Assembly: GCA_964106915.2 (NCBI GenBank)
Contig: OZ066914.1
Length of the DNA: 64,000 nt
Strand: one strand, 5' to 3'
Origin: Podarcis gaigeae
Lineage: Eukaryota
Shown here: one piece after another, positions 1 to 12,710 of the stretch
Numbering within the stretch: the first letter of the stretch is position 1
How the letters are laid out: every line of letters starts with the position of its first letter
Notes under the pieces: model-generated
Database searches by the model: none
What the model was told of the DNA's origin: nothing
What the model saw: the letters and a program-made list of their open reading frames with translations, nothing else
Program-made: the position numbers and the translations under genes

Positions 1-127
1 ACAACTCACATGATTTTGAAAGGAATGTGCTCCCACCTGCATGCATTTCTGAGGAAACAGCCATGATTTATCCAAACATATACTCATCAGTACGGACACC
101 ACGTGTGCGTTCTGTATTTGGCTAGGC

Positions 128-711
128 CAGAGGTTTTTAACTGTTTTGATTCCACGGCTCCCTTGGCCAACTACATTCTGTGGCACCCCAGTGGAGCTCA
201 GGAGTCCAGTTATTGCCTGCAGAGCTGGCAGCCTCTCACCCTTTTTCAAACACCCTCCCTTGTGGAGTGTTCCCTCAACCTCCTCTCCTCTCTCCTTGGG
301 AGTCGTCTGGGCAGCGGCTGCCACCGTCCCTGGCCTCTGAGCTCCCCCTGCCCCAAAGAGAGGGGCCTCCTCACACTGCCCCACAGGAGCCTGGCACTTG
401 TCTGTCCATACCCAACAGCAAGGGCTGCCTGGCTGCACTCCCTTGCCAGCTTGCTTGCTTACTCCCGGGCTGCCTCAGCTCCTGGCAACCAGCACCCCTT
501 GGCCAGCCGCAGAGGCACCACTCGCCTGGGGAGTTTATAGCCAGGGCTGCTGAAATAAACAGTTGTGCAAGCCTTTGAGAGGCAGAGACATGAGAGGGCA
601 TAAGAGGGGGGAGGGAAGGAAAGAGGGACAGATGCCAGTGTTGCCCAAGGCACCCCTGACCATCACTCAAGGCACCCCAGGGTGCCACGGCACACTGGTT
701 GAAAACCACTG
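128..711 (+). mobile_element. Non-autonomous hAT-type DNA transposon
   Basis: Imperfect terminal inverted repeats (CAGAGGTTTTTAAC...GTTGAAAACCACTG) and a perfect 8-bp TSD GGCTAGGC (120-127 / 712-719). A related copy lies in the opposite orientation at 8334-8824. Confidence 0.85.
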
Positions 712-2131
712 GGCTAGGCTACTGGAAACAGTACACAAAAACTCTTTAGGACAAGTGACTCACAATCTAACACTTGGGTGGACAGCTCCCAGGTCGACAA
801 ACCAGACTTGATCTGTTTTCTCTCATCAGTTCTCTCTTGCTCTTATTTGAGAATCCTTCCACTTTCTCATTCTCCCATAGTAAATATTTACTTTCCCCTG
901 AGAAACGTACTTATGGATGATATTGTACAAATAAGCAGTGCTGTTCCCCATAACATCTCTACAACAAATCAAAGCCTAAGAAGGCATTGGCACCCATGGC
1001 ATTTGGCCATTTGGGCACCCATGCCGTAAGTGAAATTCTAAACATGAGATGAAGTTACAGTATGAACCTGCCCAGGCCCTGAGATCATCTGAGGCTCTTT
1101 TCTGTGTGCTACTTCCAAAGGAAGGTAGCAATGACAGACTAGGCCTTCTCTGAGGCAGCCCCTCCCTACATTTCCCTAGGAAGAACCTTGCAATTATTTC
1201 AGCACCAGGCAAAGCTGGTTTTTTATTTTTTATTTTCCAGGCATTATTAATGTGATTTTATCATTCTATTTTTTACCTGGCTCTAAATTGTCGTGAGAGG
1301 TTTTTTATTAGTAGCAAATGATACAGAAATGTAATAAATCTAACCCAGTACATACAAGGTCCCACCATTCCATGTTTTTTGGGCTTCTCTACAGAATGGG
1401 ATAGTTGCCCTCTCTGTATGTCTATCAATAACATCCTCTTTAATGCTGTGCCATGCTTCTGCAAAACACACAGAGGCTGGGCCTGGGATCGTGGGCTTAG
1501 TGTGCACTTGCCTGGCGTGGACCTTGCTGGATGTTGAACGGCTGGCTCTTAACCTAAGAGAGGAATGAACTCACAGGAGAAATAAACATAACAAAAAATC
1601 ATACCCAATAGCTTGCAAGCGATACAGAAGTATGAAAACGGTACATGAAAGAAGATATTGTAGAATAATCTCTCATCTCTTTTCATATGGCACAGTCCAA
1701 TTGCAAAAGGATTCAACACTCCAAAGGATCTCTGCCTATTTCTCTAATTTTTCCCATGTTTGTTTATGATACACCTATTTATGCATTAACACGCCCCCGC
1801 TAAGAGGGCAGTTTCTCCAACAGCAGGTTCAGGCTCCTGTTTTTGTTTTGTTTTGAGGAGAAGAGCATCTTAGCAGAAGCACATTTAGCCCTGGTTGAAT
1901 GAATTCCTGGCTGAGATATCCTTATATCCACTGTGCAGCTTGCCTTTCCCACATTCCCAGCAGTAGCTTCCTCCCTGAATTTGCTCCAGAACACCTTAAC
2001 CATGCTAGCACTGAAGAGATCAGGAAGGGAGCATTTCAGCAAGGCACAGAATGTGAATTTATTTACTTGCTGCATTTATAACCTGCCTTTCCTTCCCCTG
2101 CCCCCCCCCCCAAAACAAATAAAATGACATA

Positions 2132-2362
2132 CAGTGGTACCTTGGGTTACATACTCTTCAGGTTACAGACTCCACTAACCCAGAAATAGTGCTTCAGGTT
2201 AAGAACTTTGCTGCAGGATGAGAACAGAATTGTGCTCCGGCAGCGCAGCAGCAGCAGCAGCAGGAGGCCCCAGTAGCTAAAGTGGTGCTTCATGTTAAGA
2301 ACAGTTTCAGGTTAAGTACGGGCCTCCGGAACGAATTAAGTACTTAACCCCAGGTACCACTG
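2132..2362 (+). mobile_element. Tc1/mariner (Tigger/pogo-like) MITE, family A
   Basis: TIRs CAGTGGTACC...GGTACCACTG flanked by TA; homologous to 10745, 20282 and 37118. Confidence 0.9.
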
Positions 2363-2379
2363 TACATGGTTCTCCGCAC

Positions 2380-2502
2380 CATGCTTTTATCCTTACACCA
2401 ACCCTGTGAGGTAGGCCAGCCTGAGAGGTATTGACTAGCAAGCTCCAAGACAGTGTGGAGATTTGAACTCAGGTCTCCCTTGTCCCAACCACTACACCAC
2501 AC
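2380..2502 (-). mobile_element. CORE/MIR-like SINE fragment
   Basis: ACCCTGTGAGGTAGG...GGATTTGAACTC...ACCACTACACCAC, similar to the copy at 34480-34722. Confidence 0.6.
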
Positions 2503-3760
2503 TATGTGTGACTATGTGTACACACAAGACACAGGACCCCTTTACTTTCCTGTGCAAGTTTGCATTTAGATCTTGATTTTTTTTTAAATTTAAAAAAAAG
2601 TAGTTGGCTAGGAACTAAGTGATATTCACCAGGCTATACATTTCTCTTGGAATAATTAGCAGTCAATTAGTCCTAATTGTTTATGTGGGACGTAAATGAG
2701 CTCAGCAGCTGTCGTTAGCATCCATATAATAGTAATGAACAATTTTAAAAACCCTACTGCTCAAACTGCAACTGCCCATTTTCATTTAATTAGAGCATGA
2801 TTACTGGAGATCCACTTGGGTGCAATCGCAGGGGAAGCTGGGCTGAAAGGATAACTTTAAAGAGCCTCTGGTCCATTACCCCGGGGAAGAGAAGATGTAC
2901 CCACAAGGGTCATCCACATTTTCAGGCCCATGGGCACGTTTGCAAAATGGGGCAACTCATCACAGATCTACCAGAGCCACACATACACTTGCCCTGCAAC
3001 TATGCACACACATGCACACTCTCTTTCCCTCCTCCCTGCCAGCATTTAGGCCTGGCATTTCTCTTTTTTCCGGCTCAAGGGGGCAAGCGAGCTTCCTCAA
3101 AAGTACAGCTGAACAGACAAGACTTTACCTTCTCAATTTCTAATTTCAGCAGGGGACTGACTGGGGCAGTGGGGGAGGAGAGGCAGGAATGGGACTCTAT
3201 GGGAGCCAGGGGGTGGTTCTATGGGTGCAGGTGCAAACCCAGCTCCTGCATTGGTGACTGACCAATATACCGTGGCCTGCAAATGTTTTCCTGCCATTCT
3301 GAAATGTTTTTAGAGTTAAGAAGTCGTAGAACTTCCCTTGGTAACTCCAAACACCATGCAACCCCATATTTTGGCCTTCAGCGTTCTCGGTGCTCAAATC
3401 CAGCTCCTTCTGAGGAATAGCCATGAGGACACCAACACCTTCTTTGTTTGCTTGTCCATTTACAGAGGTGTTTGCCTGGCCCTCGCTGGAAGCTTTAATG
3501 CTGGACTAAATGGAGATTTGGACTCATCTAGCAAGAGCTGTGTTCTTCAGGGAGTGCCTAGACTACACTCCATTAGGCCAACTCCAGGACTGAGGAAGTC
3601 CTCAGCTAGTTGCCTCTCTGTGAGCTCCTTCCTTTGCATGGGGGCCTCCCATTTTTATTTTTATTTTTATTTTGGAGGAGGAAGGAGTTTCCTTTAGTAT
3701 AGGAAAGCAGTGGGCTATTTTTCTTCAGAACTGAAAGGATCAAGACAGCTCCTCCTGGAG

Positions 3761-3896
3761 CAGGCATGGCCAAACCTGGCCCTCCAGCTATTTTGGGACT
3801 ACAATTTCCATCATCTCTGACCACTGGTCCTGTTAGCTAGGGATGATGGGAGTTGTAGTCCCAAAACAGTTTGAGGGCCAAGTTTGGCCATGCCTG
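3761..3896. mobile_element. Palindromic hAT-like MITE (ACTACAAYTCCCA core)
   Basis: TIR CAGGCATGGCCAAAC...GTTTGGCCATGCCTG; internal hairpin shared with 6078 and 22378. Confidence 0.85.
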
Positions 3897-4516
3897 TGAC
3901 TTGGAGCAACCAAACTGTCCGTTTGGTTGTAAGTTGCTTTGGTTTGCCTTGGGCAAGATAAAGTGACTATCAAATTCTATAAATAAATGAATAATAAGCT
4001 GCCTTTGAACCAGAAGATTGCTCCTCCTACCTCACCACACACTAACTGGCAGCAGCCCTTTCCACTACTAAAACATGGTAATTTTCAAATGAAAGAGCAA
4101 CAACACTATGTTTACAGGCCTGCCCCCCAAAAAGCATAATTTACAAATTCTCCTAACTTTGGATACCTTTTAACAACTAATCAGCTTTTTAAAACAGCAA
4201 CAACTCAACACTTGTATATTTGAGACTCACTCTGTAGGATTAGTATACGTTCTCCTAAGCACGAAAATCATCAGCTCTTTCCAGAGAACACACATTTTTT
4301 ACGAGTTGCAATTTGCTCTTTCCCCACTGAGGTAGACTTGAAGCGCCTGACCACACATGAAACCAGAAAACACACCAAATCATAAAACTAAATTACAAGG
4401 GAAATAAAAAAAAACACAGTCCAAAATACATTCTCCTGCCAAGCCCAAAATTCCCCGGGAAGCAGCTTCTCCACCATTAAGCTCCCATGCACCTCACTCC
4501 ATGCACCATCATTAGT

Positions 4517-4705
4517 GGGGAAAGGCCATAACCCAGTGGTAGAACTCATGCTTTGCATTAGAAGGCGACAGGTACAATCCCAGTCGTTCCCAGGTAAGGC
4601 TTGCAAGGGCATTTGTCTGGAGAACTCCTGCCAATCAGCTTAGGCACTTTTGAGCTAAGATGGGTCAGTGGTCTGACTTCACGTAAGCCAGCTTCGGATA
4701 TTACT
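4517..4705 (+). mobile_element. Old tRNA-derived SINE (Squam3-like)
   Basis: Degenerate tRNA head (CAGTGGTAGA...CTTTGCAT...AATCCC) with body CTGCCAATCAG...GGTCTGACT...CAGCTTC; similar copies at about 18060-18260, 18940-19100 and 56150-56360. Confidence 0.6.
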
Positions 4706-4950
4706 AAGGGTGGAGTGTGTCAGCTTCTCAACGTAATGGGTGCCCACGTCAAAAGATTGGCACTGCCTCATTAGAAGGCTGAAAGGCGCATCAAAATCTT
4801 CAGTCGTCTAAACTGCGTGAAACACCCGGAGCCAAACTAGATGTGAGACTTCAATATAAACAAAACAATGGAGTTTTAAGAGACGGCTAGGCACTCGTAA
4901 GCTTAAACCTCACTCACGAAAAAGAAAAGCTTATTAAAATTGCTACATAC

Positions 4951-5155
4951 CTGGGGAAAACTGCCAGACAGGCTTAGACACAGATAACAATGCCACTGGG
5001 ATTAACAAGGTGGGGGAAAAGGAATGTTTGGATCCTGGTTCGCACAAGGCTTTGTCTCTCAGTTGGTCCTGACGAAGTTCTCAGAATCAGCCTTGGAGTC
5101 TGGATTCTTGCTATGAAGCAGCGGCGGTGGTGGCGGCAGCTGTGCCCTAAGCCCC
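4951..5155 (-). other. Probable non-coding 5'UTR exon of a minus-strand gene (TMEM63C by synteny)
   Basis: On the minus strand: branch-point-like TACTGAC, pyrimidine tract TTCCCTCTTGTGTCTCCAG, a 205-nt AUG-free non-repetitive exon, then donor CAG|GTATGT. Gene identity is inferred only from synteny. Confidence 0.6.
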
Positions 5156-6077
5156 CTGGAGACACAAGAGGGAAGCTGCTGTCAGTACATCTGAGGCCTC
5201 TACAGTTGTATACGCAGCTTATGATGCATGAAGAATTGGCATCCTTCCCCAGCCCTTTCCTTTTAGGGCTCTGGAAACAAACCCTGCGTTGGTTGGCGGA
5301 GGAAAGAGGTAGGATGGGTCAAGCTCAGCTGCCAGAAGAGGGTTTCTAATTAACAACGCAGCACAACCCCTCTCCAGGAAGCAGAGACCCCCAAAAGAAA
5401 CCCCCGGAGAAGAATCAGCATCCTCCGTCACTTCTGCCGTCGGAGAACAGTTCTCTCCCAGCTTTGCCATTTATACACCATGCTTAGCTGGAGCACAGCT
5501 CCCGGCACTTAGAATCAGCCAGGGAGTGTGTGGGAGGACTCTTGCACACACAGACACGCCAGGCACATACACACAGAGTTCCCTCACCCCTCCATCCCCC
5601 TGTCACTGCAGTAATTCATCAATTTCATCTGATTCAGCACTTGCCGTTCAGTTATTCCTGGAGTGGGAAGGCTGTCGGCTACAGCTAGGTCACATTTTGC
5701 AAGCGGGGGGGGGGGGGGCAGAGGTGGGCCTTATAAGTTGCCTGGTGCCTCTGCCCCCAGGGACCATCAAGTGTCACAACCAGAGACGTATTACCAGTCC
5801 AAAAACCTGGCAGGCATTTGTCCTGCTGTGCTGCATCCAGCCTATTCGAATTCTTCAGAGAAATTATTATCTTTCATACAGCAACTAAGAGGGGAGAGAT
5901 AGAAGCCTGGGCGAAATCCACCTGGTTTCTGATCTCAGTTTAGTACCGCCTTCCCCAACTTGATGTCTTCCAAACATTTTCGGCTACATCTCTCACCGTC
6001 CCTGACCACTGGCCATGCTGGCTGGTGCAGATGGGAACTGTAGTACAAAGCACAAGAGCTGTCCTGTTGGATTAGAC

Positions 6078-6213
6078 CAGGGTTTCCCAAACTTGAGTCT
6101 CCAGCTGTTTTTGGACTACAATTCCCGCCATCCCTGATCACTGGTCCTGCTAGCTAGGGATGGTGGGAGTTGTAGTCCAAAAACAGCTGGAGACCCAAAT
6201 TTGGGAAACCTTG
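6078..6213. mobile_element. Palindromic hAT-like MITE inserted in an old SINE
   Basis: TIR CAGGGTTTCCCAAA...TTTGGGAAACCTTG; TSD GATTAGAC/CATTAGAC (7 of 8 match). Confidence 0.85.
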
Positions 6214-7311
6214 CATTAGACCAAAGGCCCATCTAGTCTATCCTGGTCTCAGAATGGTCAACCAGATGCCCATAAGAAGCCTGCAAGCAGGACCAGAGCA
6301 CAGCAGCACTCTCCCCAACAACTGGTATACAGAGGTATACTGTCTCAGGGAGTGGAGGCACAAAATAGCCTTATAACCTCAATGAATATGTCTAACAGCC
6401 TTTTAAAGCAATCTTCGTTGGTGGCCATCATTACCATCTTATGGTCATAAATTCCACAATTAAACAATGCACTGTTTCCTTTGGTCCTTTCCTGATCCTC
6501 CTTCATCTTTACGTGTCCTTTTTGAGGTATGGCAACCACAACTGTACATGGTCAAATCAGATTTGCATAATAACAGTGTGGCATCATGTTGTCTAGCAAA
6601 AGCATCTCATTAATCAAGCTAGGGATGAATACAGTGATTACACAATGAATTTAATCGGCTGCCTATTAAAGATTACATGACGTGGTCCCAATCTTTCCTC
6701 CAAGGCACACCTAGGATTGCTCACCCAATCCTGATTCAGATATTATTTCCCGGTTGCCTCCTTGGAATAATTACCCTTGTCAATGCAAATAAGGGCATTT
6801 CAACCTCACACCTTTCTTGGGTAACTTGGGTCATCATTCATGGGCTGCTGACTATCTCTATGGAGCTGTGAGCACCGCCATCCCAGAGTAAACAAGACTG
6901 TTTGTTCCTGCTCACCTATCCCAACAGGGTTGGAAAGTTCACCAGCCTTTGATTTTAAGGAGTCAAAATGCTTCCGCCTCTTTTCTTTGGCCAGGACTTA
7001 AGAGAATGCAGTCTCTAAGGCTCAAATTAGAGGCTGATTCACATTTCACAACAGCAGGTACATTTGCTGCATTTACACCAAGGATGCCAGTTTGAATTCA
7101 CTCTAAGTGTGCTCCTTTGCATCAGAATGCTGGTGAGCTTTTCATTCAAAGAAAAGAAATAATTGGGAACACACTGAGAGGAAGAATCAGGAGCAGGGGA
7201 AAGCCAGGCATGATCTGCCCAGAACAGCCCAACGGGCCAACCTCCAAGGCCTTGTGGGCCTAATCAGGCCACAGGCCAAAGGTTCCCCACCCCACTTTAG
7301 TATTTAAAAGC

Positions 7312-7430
7312 AGCTGGATAGCTCAGTTGGCTAGAGTGTGGTACTGATAAAGCCAAGGTTGCAGGTTCAATCCCTGTAAGGGACAGCTGTATATTCCTGC
7401 ATTGCAAGGGGTTGGACGAGATGAGCCTCA
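7312..7430 (+). mobile_element. tRNA-headed SINE with CR1-type tail
   Basis: TAGCTCAGTTGG (A box) and GGTTCAATCCC (B box), followed by ATTCCTGCATTGCAAGGGGTTGGAC, a CR1-like 3' end. Confidence 0.75.
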
Positions 7431-8333
7431 AAGAAAATCTCATGGGCTGGGCAAAACGAAACATTTATTTTGCAGAAGAAAAACTGGCGATGGTCAGAAA
7501 CACGAGTCCCCAGTTGGGAAAACACTTACACAGAACCCAAAATAAATGCAATACAGAGGAAAAGCAAGCAGGCACCCCCCTATACAACAACAACAACAAC
7601 AACAAGTCAATTGCAAAAATAAACAATTGGAAGGGACAGGGGACCTTGACAATCACCATGGGATGTGCCCAAGGACATTGTGGTGCCTTCAGGTGCTTTG
7701 TTGGACTTCTGCCCGAAACCTTTCAACAGCAGCCACTAGGCAGGACCACAGAGGACAGCCATCTGCCCCTAGCCTCTTAGAAACCCCTCCTCCCCATTTG
7801 TTGGTTTTGTTTATTAATAGCCTCCTGTGTATGCACTGTACCTTGACAACAGTAATGCCTAGTACAACTGCTGCATGATACGTCAGCAAAGCGCCAAGTA
7901 AACATTAACTAATTAGATGGCAAGCTCCCCATGGCAGGGTCCTGGCACTGTTCTGCCTGTGACTTCACAACTTAATCCTCCGACTATTGCAGAGATGCAG
8001 AGTTTCTCTTTTGCAGCATCACAGAGTCTGGCATCCCCCAGAAGTACACCCAGATTAATTAGCAATTGATACAGAATGTTTGCACTGCCCTCCCCAAAGC
8101 CAAGGCCCTTCCTCCTTCCCTGCTGGCAATGTTATTGCTACAGTCCTAAGCACATTAAAAAGAGCCCCTCTGGGTGAAACCAAAGGCCAATCTAGCCCAG
8201 CGCTCTGTTCTTACAGCAGCCAACCAGATATGCATGGGAAGCCCACAAACAAGCAGAAGCAACACTTCTCCAAGTCCTATCTCTGACACTAGATAACAAG
8301 ACGAGTAGCCACTGAGAGCTTTATCCTCTACGT

Positions 8334-8824
8334 CAGTGCTTTTCAACCAGTGTGCTGGGGCACCCTGAGGTGCCTTGAATGATGGTCAGGGGTGCCGTGG
8401 CCAACACTGGTCTCTGTCCCTATTTCCTTCCTTCCCTTCTCTGATGCCCTCTTGTGTGTCTGCCTCCTGAATGCCTGCTCAGCTGTTTGTTGCAGCAGCC
8501 CTGGCTACAAGCTCCCCAGTTGAATGGTGCCTCTGGGGCTGGCCAGGGGGTGCTTCTCAGGCCCCTGTGGGGCAGTGTGAGGAGGCACCTCTCTTTGGGG
8601 CGGAGGGGGGCAGCTCAGAGAACAGGGGTGGCAGGTGCGGCTATCCAGAGGACTCCCAAGGAGAGGGGAGAGGAGAGGAGGTTGAGGGAACACTACACAT
8701 GGGACGGGTATGGGGCTGCCAGCTCTGCAGGCAAGGGGTGACATAACCTGAGCCCCACAGGGGTGCTGTAGAAAGATTGGAGTTGGTCAAGGGAGCCATG
8801 GACCCAAAAGGTTGAAAACCCCTG
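8334..8824 (-). mobile_element. Non-autonomous hAT-type DNA transposon, same family as 128-711
   Basis: Reverse-complement homology to 128-711; TIRs CAGTGCTTTTCAACC...GGTTGAAAACCCCTG. Confidence 0.8.
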
Positions 8825-9728
8825 CTCTCTAATCCCCCTTTGAATGTTGTCCAAGATGGTTGGTATCACTACATCTTGAGGTATTGAGGTTATTTTGATT
8901 GCCCTTAAAAACACCCCCCCCAAAAAAAAACACCCACCACCTTTTTCCAGTTCCACAATATCTTTTTGAGGTGCAGTAGCCAGAACTGTACTCAGTACAA
9001 CAGGTGTGATTGTATCATAAAATTGTACAAAGGTAATGAAATATTGGCTGCCCCACTGCATCCCGGACTGGAAGATCCAGGGTTGCTAGTAACTCTTCTT
9101 GCAACTTAAATACTTTTTCTTTCTTTTGGATCCCCGCAAATCACATTGTGGTACACAGTGTTATAAGAAAGACAGACTACCATCCTTGCTGAAGTAGCCA
9201 ACGTCAACCATCACACTGCAATCCTGATGCGTACCAGAACAAGGAGGAACAAACATCACGGGGCAGAGGGCATGAATGCAGACACACGCTCTTTTCAACG
9301 GGGTGTAGAGAAGAAGGGATTTGCTATGGGCTTTGTCAAAAGCAGGGCAGGAGGTCTGAAATCTCTGCTAAAAGGGTAGGCATGGCAATTCAGATCTCCA
9401 CATGTTGCTTATGGGAGCAACAATTGGCCTTCAGCAACGCTGCTTCCTAGCAGCTGACGTAGAGAGGCTTATTGTCTCTCTTTTTGCGTGGGCGGGTGTG
9501 GGCTGACTAAGAAGCGCCAGGCAGAATGTCTTGCCATTCCCAGCTTCACTCTCGCATGTACAAAGGCAGCTGGGCTTTAAAACATCCAGGCAACAAAAAC
9601 ATCCCTTTTCAGAGAGGTTTGGGGAGGTGATGCACACCCCACAATCCCTCACCTACGTGCCTGTGAAAGGCATTGGAAATGAGCACCAAAGCCGCAGATA
9701 CATTTAGGAAAGCACTAACCCACATAGG

Positions 9729-10089
9729 GATGGGATGCGGGTGGCGCTGTGGGTAAAACCTCAGCGCCTAGGACTTGCCGATCGCATGGTCGGCAGTTCG
9801 AATCCCCGCGGCGGGGTGAGCTCCCGTCATTCGGTCCCAGCTCCTGCCCACCTAGCAGTTCGAAAGCACCTCCAGGTGCAAGTAGATAAATAGGGACCGC
9901 GTACCAGTGGGAAGGTAAACGGCGTTTCCCTGTGCAGCGCTGGTGCTGGCTCACCAGATGCCGCTTCGTCATGCTGGCCACGTGACCCTGACGTGTCTCT
10001 GGACAGCGCTGGCTCCTGGCCTCTTGAGCGAGATGAGCACGCAACCCTAGAGTTGGACACGACTGGCCCGTACGGGCAGGGGTACCTTT
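9729..10089 (+). mobile_element. Sauria SINE, full length
   Basis: Head GCGGGTGGCGCTGTGG, B box GTTCGAATCC, core GCAAGTAGATAAATAGG, tail GGGGTACCTTT; 15-bp TSD ACTAACCCACATAGG (9714-9728 / 10090-10104). Confidence 0.92.
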
Positions 10090-10104
10090 ACTAACCCACA
10101 TAGG

Positions 10105-10482
10105 TAAAGGTAAGGTAAAAAACCCCTGGACGCTAAAGTCCAGTCAAAGGAGACTATGGGGTGGGCACTCATCTCACTTTTCAGGCCGGGGGACCCAGCG
10201 TTTGTCCGCAGCTTTCCAGGTCATGTGGCCAGCATGACTAAACTGCTTCTGGCACAACGGGACACTGTGATGAGTGCCAGAGCGCACAGAAACGCCGCTT
10301 ACCTTCCTGCCACAACAGTACCTATTTATCTACTTGCACTGGTGTGCTTTTGAACTGCTAGGTTGGCAGAAGCAGGGGCAGAGCAACGGGAGCTCACCAC
10401 CGTCATGCGGATTCAAACCACCAACCTTCTGATCGGCAAGCCCAAGAGGCTTGGTGGTTTAGACCACAGCGCCACCCGCTCC
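10105..10482 (-). mobile_element. Sauria SINE (second subfamily), tail-to-tail with the previous copy
   Basis: Begins with (AGGTAA)n, the reverse complement of the ACCTTT tail; CCTATTTATCTACTTGCAC core; ends ACCACAGCGCCACC. Confidence 0.9.
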
Positions 10483-10744
10483 CCTCCACATACCACTAAT
10501 CCACTGCAATACTAAATGAAACAGGTATGTGCTAAAAGCTTAGGCTTAAAAACAAAACACCCACAAATTGGGGTGGGTGAGTTAATACTAAAAAGTATGG
10601 AGGTGATCCAATTATGTGTGCACATTCAGAGTTGCTTCATTTTTTAAGCGGGGATAATCACAACCTCATAAGAGAATGGATGCAACAGCATATGTGTGGA
10701 TAAAGGATGCATACAGCCTAGAAACTTCCCCCGCCCAAATTATA

Positions 10745-10989
10745 CAGTGGTTGGTACCTTGGGTTACAGACGCTTCAGGTTACAGACACTTCAGGTTACA
10801 GACTCTGCTAACCCGGAAATAGTACCTTGGGTGAAGAACCTTACTTCAGGATGAGAACAGAAATTGCGCGGCAGTGGCGCGCCAGCAGTGGGAGGCCCCA
10901 TCAGCTAAAGTGGTACCTCAGGTTAAGAACAGTTTTAGGTTAAGAACAGCCCTCAGAATGAATTAAGTTCTTAACCTGAGGTACCACTG
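10745..10989 (+). mobile_element. Tigger/pogo-like MITE, family A
   Basis: TA-flanked CAGTGG...GGTACCACTG; homologous to 2132. Confidence 0.88.
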
Positions 10990-11324
10990 TACTGGGCTGG
11001 CCCAAGACATTTTGCTACCTGAAGCAAAGCAAAGGACAAGATGGCACCTTCCCCACCACTTCTTATAGAGAAGTCAACTGAACTAGCTGTTAAATCTTAT
11101 ATCAACACCACTGGTGGGAAACTTTCTCTACTGCACCTGAGGACAGCTTAGGAAGGAAGTGTTCCTGGGGGCTATTTAGGGAGCACAGGGCAGAGTAACT
11201 TAGGGACCGCGGGGGCATGGCGCTGGCTGGGGCTGCTGCCAGCATCTGCCGCCTGAGGCAGTTGTCTCAGCCAGCAAAGTGGTGGGGCCAGCCCCATCAC
11301 AAGTTCACGAAGTGTACTAGAATC

Positions 11325-11452
11325 TAGGGAAGGGCTGAGGAACCTCTGTTATTCGACTACAACTCCTTTCAGCCCCCAGTTAGCATGGCAAATGGTGATA
11401 GATGGGAGTTGTAGTCCAGCAACATCTGGAGAGCCATAAGTCTCCCAGCCCA
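11325..11452. mobile_element. Older hairpin MITE (ACTACAACTCC / GGGAGTTGTAGT core)
   Basis: Degenerate version of the hAT-like MITE core; a similar copy lies at 63763-63886. Confidence 0.6.
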
Positions 11453-12509
11453 GATTTAGAAGGATCAGGGCAGATATCAGTGATTGCAGCAGAAAACCCT
11501 CTCACTGGTTGATTGGGCCACGTCTTTGTGATGTGTTCCTTCCCACTTTGGGTTCATCCAGAGGAGGAGATAGCTGGAATGAGACATGACTCCCGGGGAA
11601 TGGAGTTTCAACACCAGGGCATCACTCCCATTAAGAATATCCTGCCCTGGTAATATGTCTGTTGCTGCTTCTCACCTAAGGGCCAATTCAAATTTAACAT
11701 TTTGCCCCACTAAAGAACATCAATGGGAAGACGATTTGCTGGAATGCAAAACTCTTGTTGATTTTTGTAGTCAATATTCACAGCCTGGATATTCTGATCA
11801 CAGTCTGTTTTGCAAAATTCAACAGAAATCGGTGTTACAATACTATTGATCACATCCATTCCTCCCTTCTCTGCAAACCACACCCCCCACCCCGCAACCT
11901 CTGCCTCTTACTGTTGTGCTTGCAGCTTTCTCGTTTCTTCTCCAAGGGGAATATGCAGCGCTCAGGTTTATTAGGCATCAACAATTTCCCAGCAGTATCA
12001 GCAGGAGCTGAAAGCAACAGTCAGGACTGAGCTTTGAGGCTTTTTGCACTGAGATCAGCCTTCCTGATGTTTATTAATGGATGGTGCTCAGCAGATGGGC
12101 TAAGGCACCTGGAGAAGCTCAAACAGTCCCTTCCCAAGGCAGGAATATTATTGAAGAGCTTCTCTGGACCTTTCTAGATGAGTATTATAAAAACTGCGGC
12201 AATGTAATGGCAGTGCAGAACCCAGATAATGTTCTCCAAGATTTGCCCATCTGATATGAGAAGAACCACATATCCTTACTCCAGCTGGTGCTTTGACTGC
12301 AGGGAAACTGCATTTGCCAAGACACAGCTGGACAAATTTCTCCCCTGCTAATTCCATGGTTGCAATTGCGACGGTTGTGTGGAGTAAAGTATGGACATAC
12401 CGATATTGCTTTCTCCTTTCCTTCTGCCCGAGGTGAAGCTGTAAATCACTCCCAGACCCCAAACCTAGTCATTTATTTATGGAAGTCATGTATGTATGTA
12501 TGTATGTAT

Positions 12510-12710
12510 GTATGTTAATCACATTTATATCCCACTTTTCCTCCAAGGTGCTCAAAGTGGCATACATAACTCTCCTCCTCACAACAACCAACCCTGTGAG
12601 ATAGGTTAGATAGAGATGTAGAGTGATTGGCCCAAGTTCTTCCATTGAGTTTCATAGACGAGTGGGGATTTCAATCCTGGGCTCCCACGTCCCAGTCCAA
12701 CACTCTAACC
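12510..12710 (-). mobile_element. CORE/MIR-like SINE
   Basis: ACAACAACCAACCCTGTGAGATAGG...GGGGATTTCAATCCTGG with a (TATG)n tail at about 12488-12514. Confidence 0.6.

Noticed and set aside
1340-1458. Possible minus-strand exon after the acceptor-like TGTGTGTTTTGCAG
   Set aside because: No convincing donor and no similarity to the TMEM63C N-terminus.
7312-7385. tRNA-like sequence (also at 19104-19175)
   Set aside because: Degenerate stems joined directly to a CR1-type tail with no Pol III terminator; these are SINE heads, not tRNA genes.
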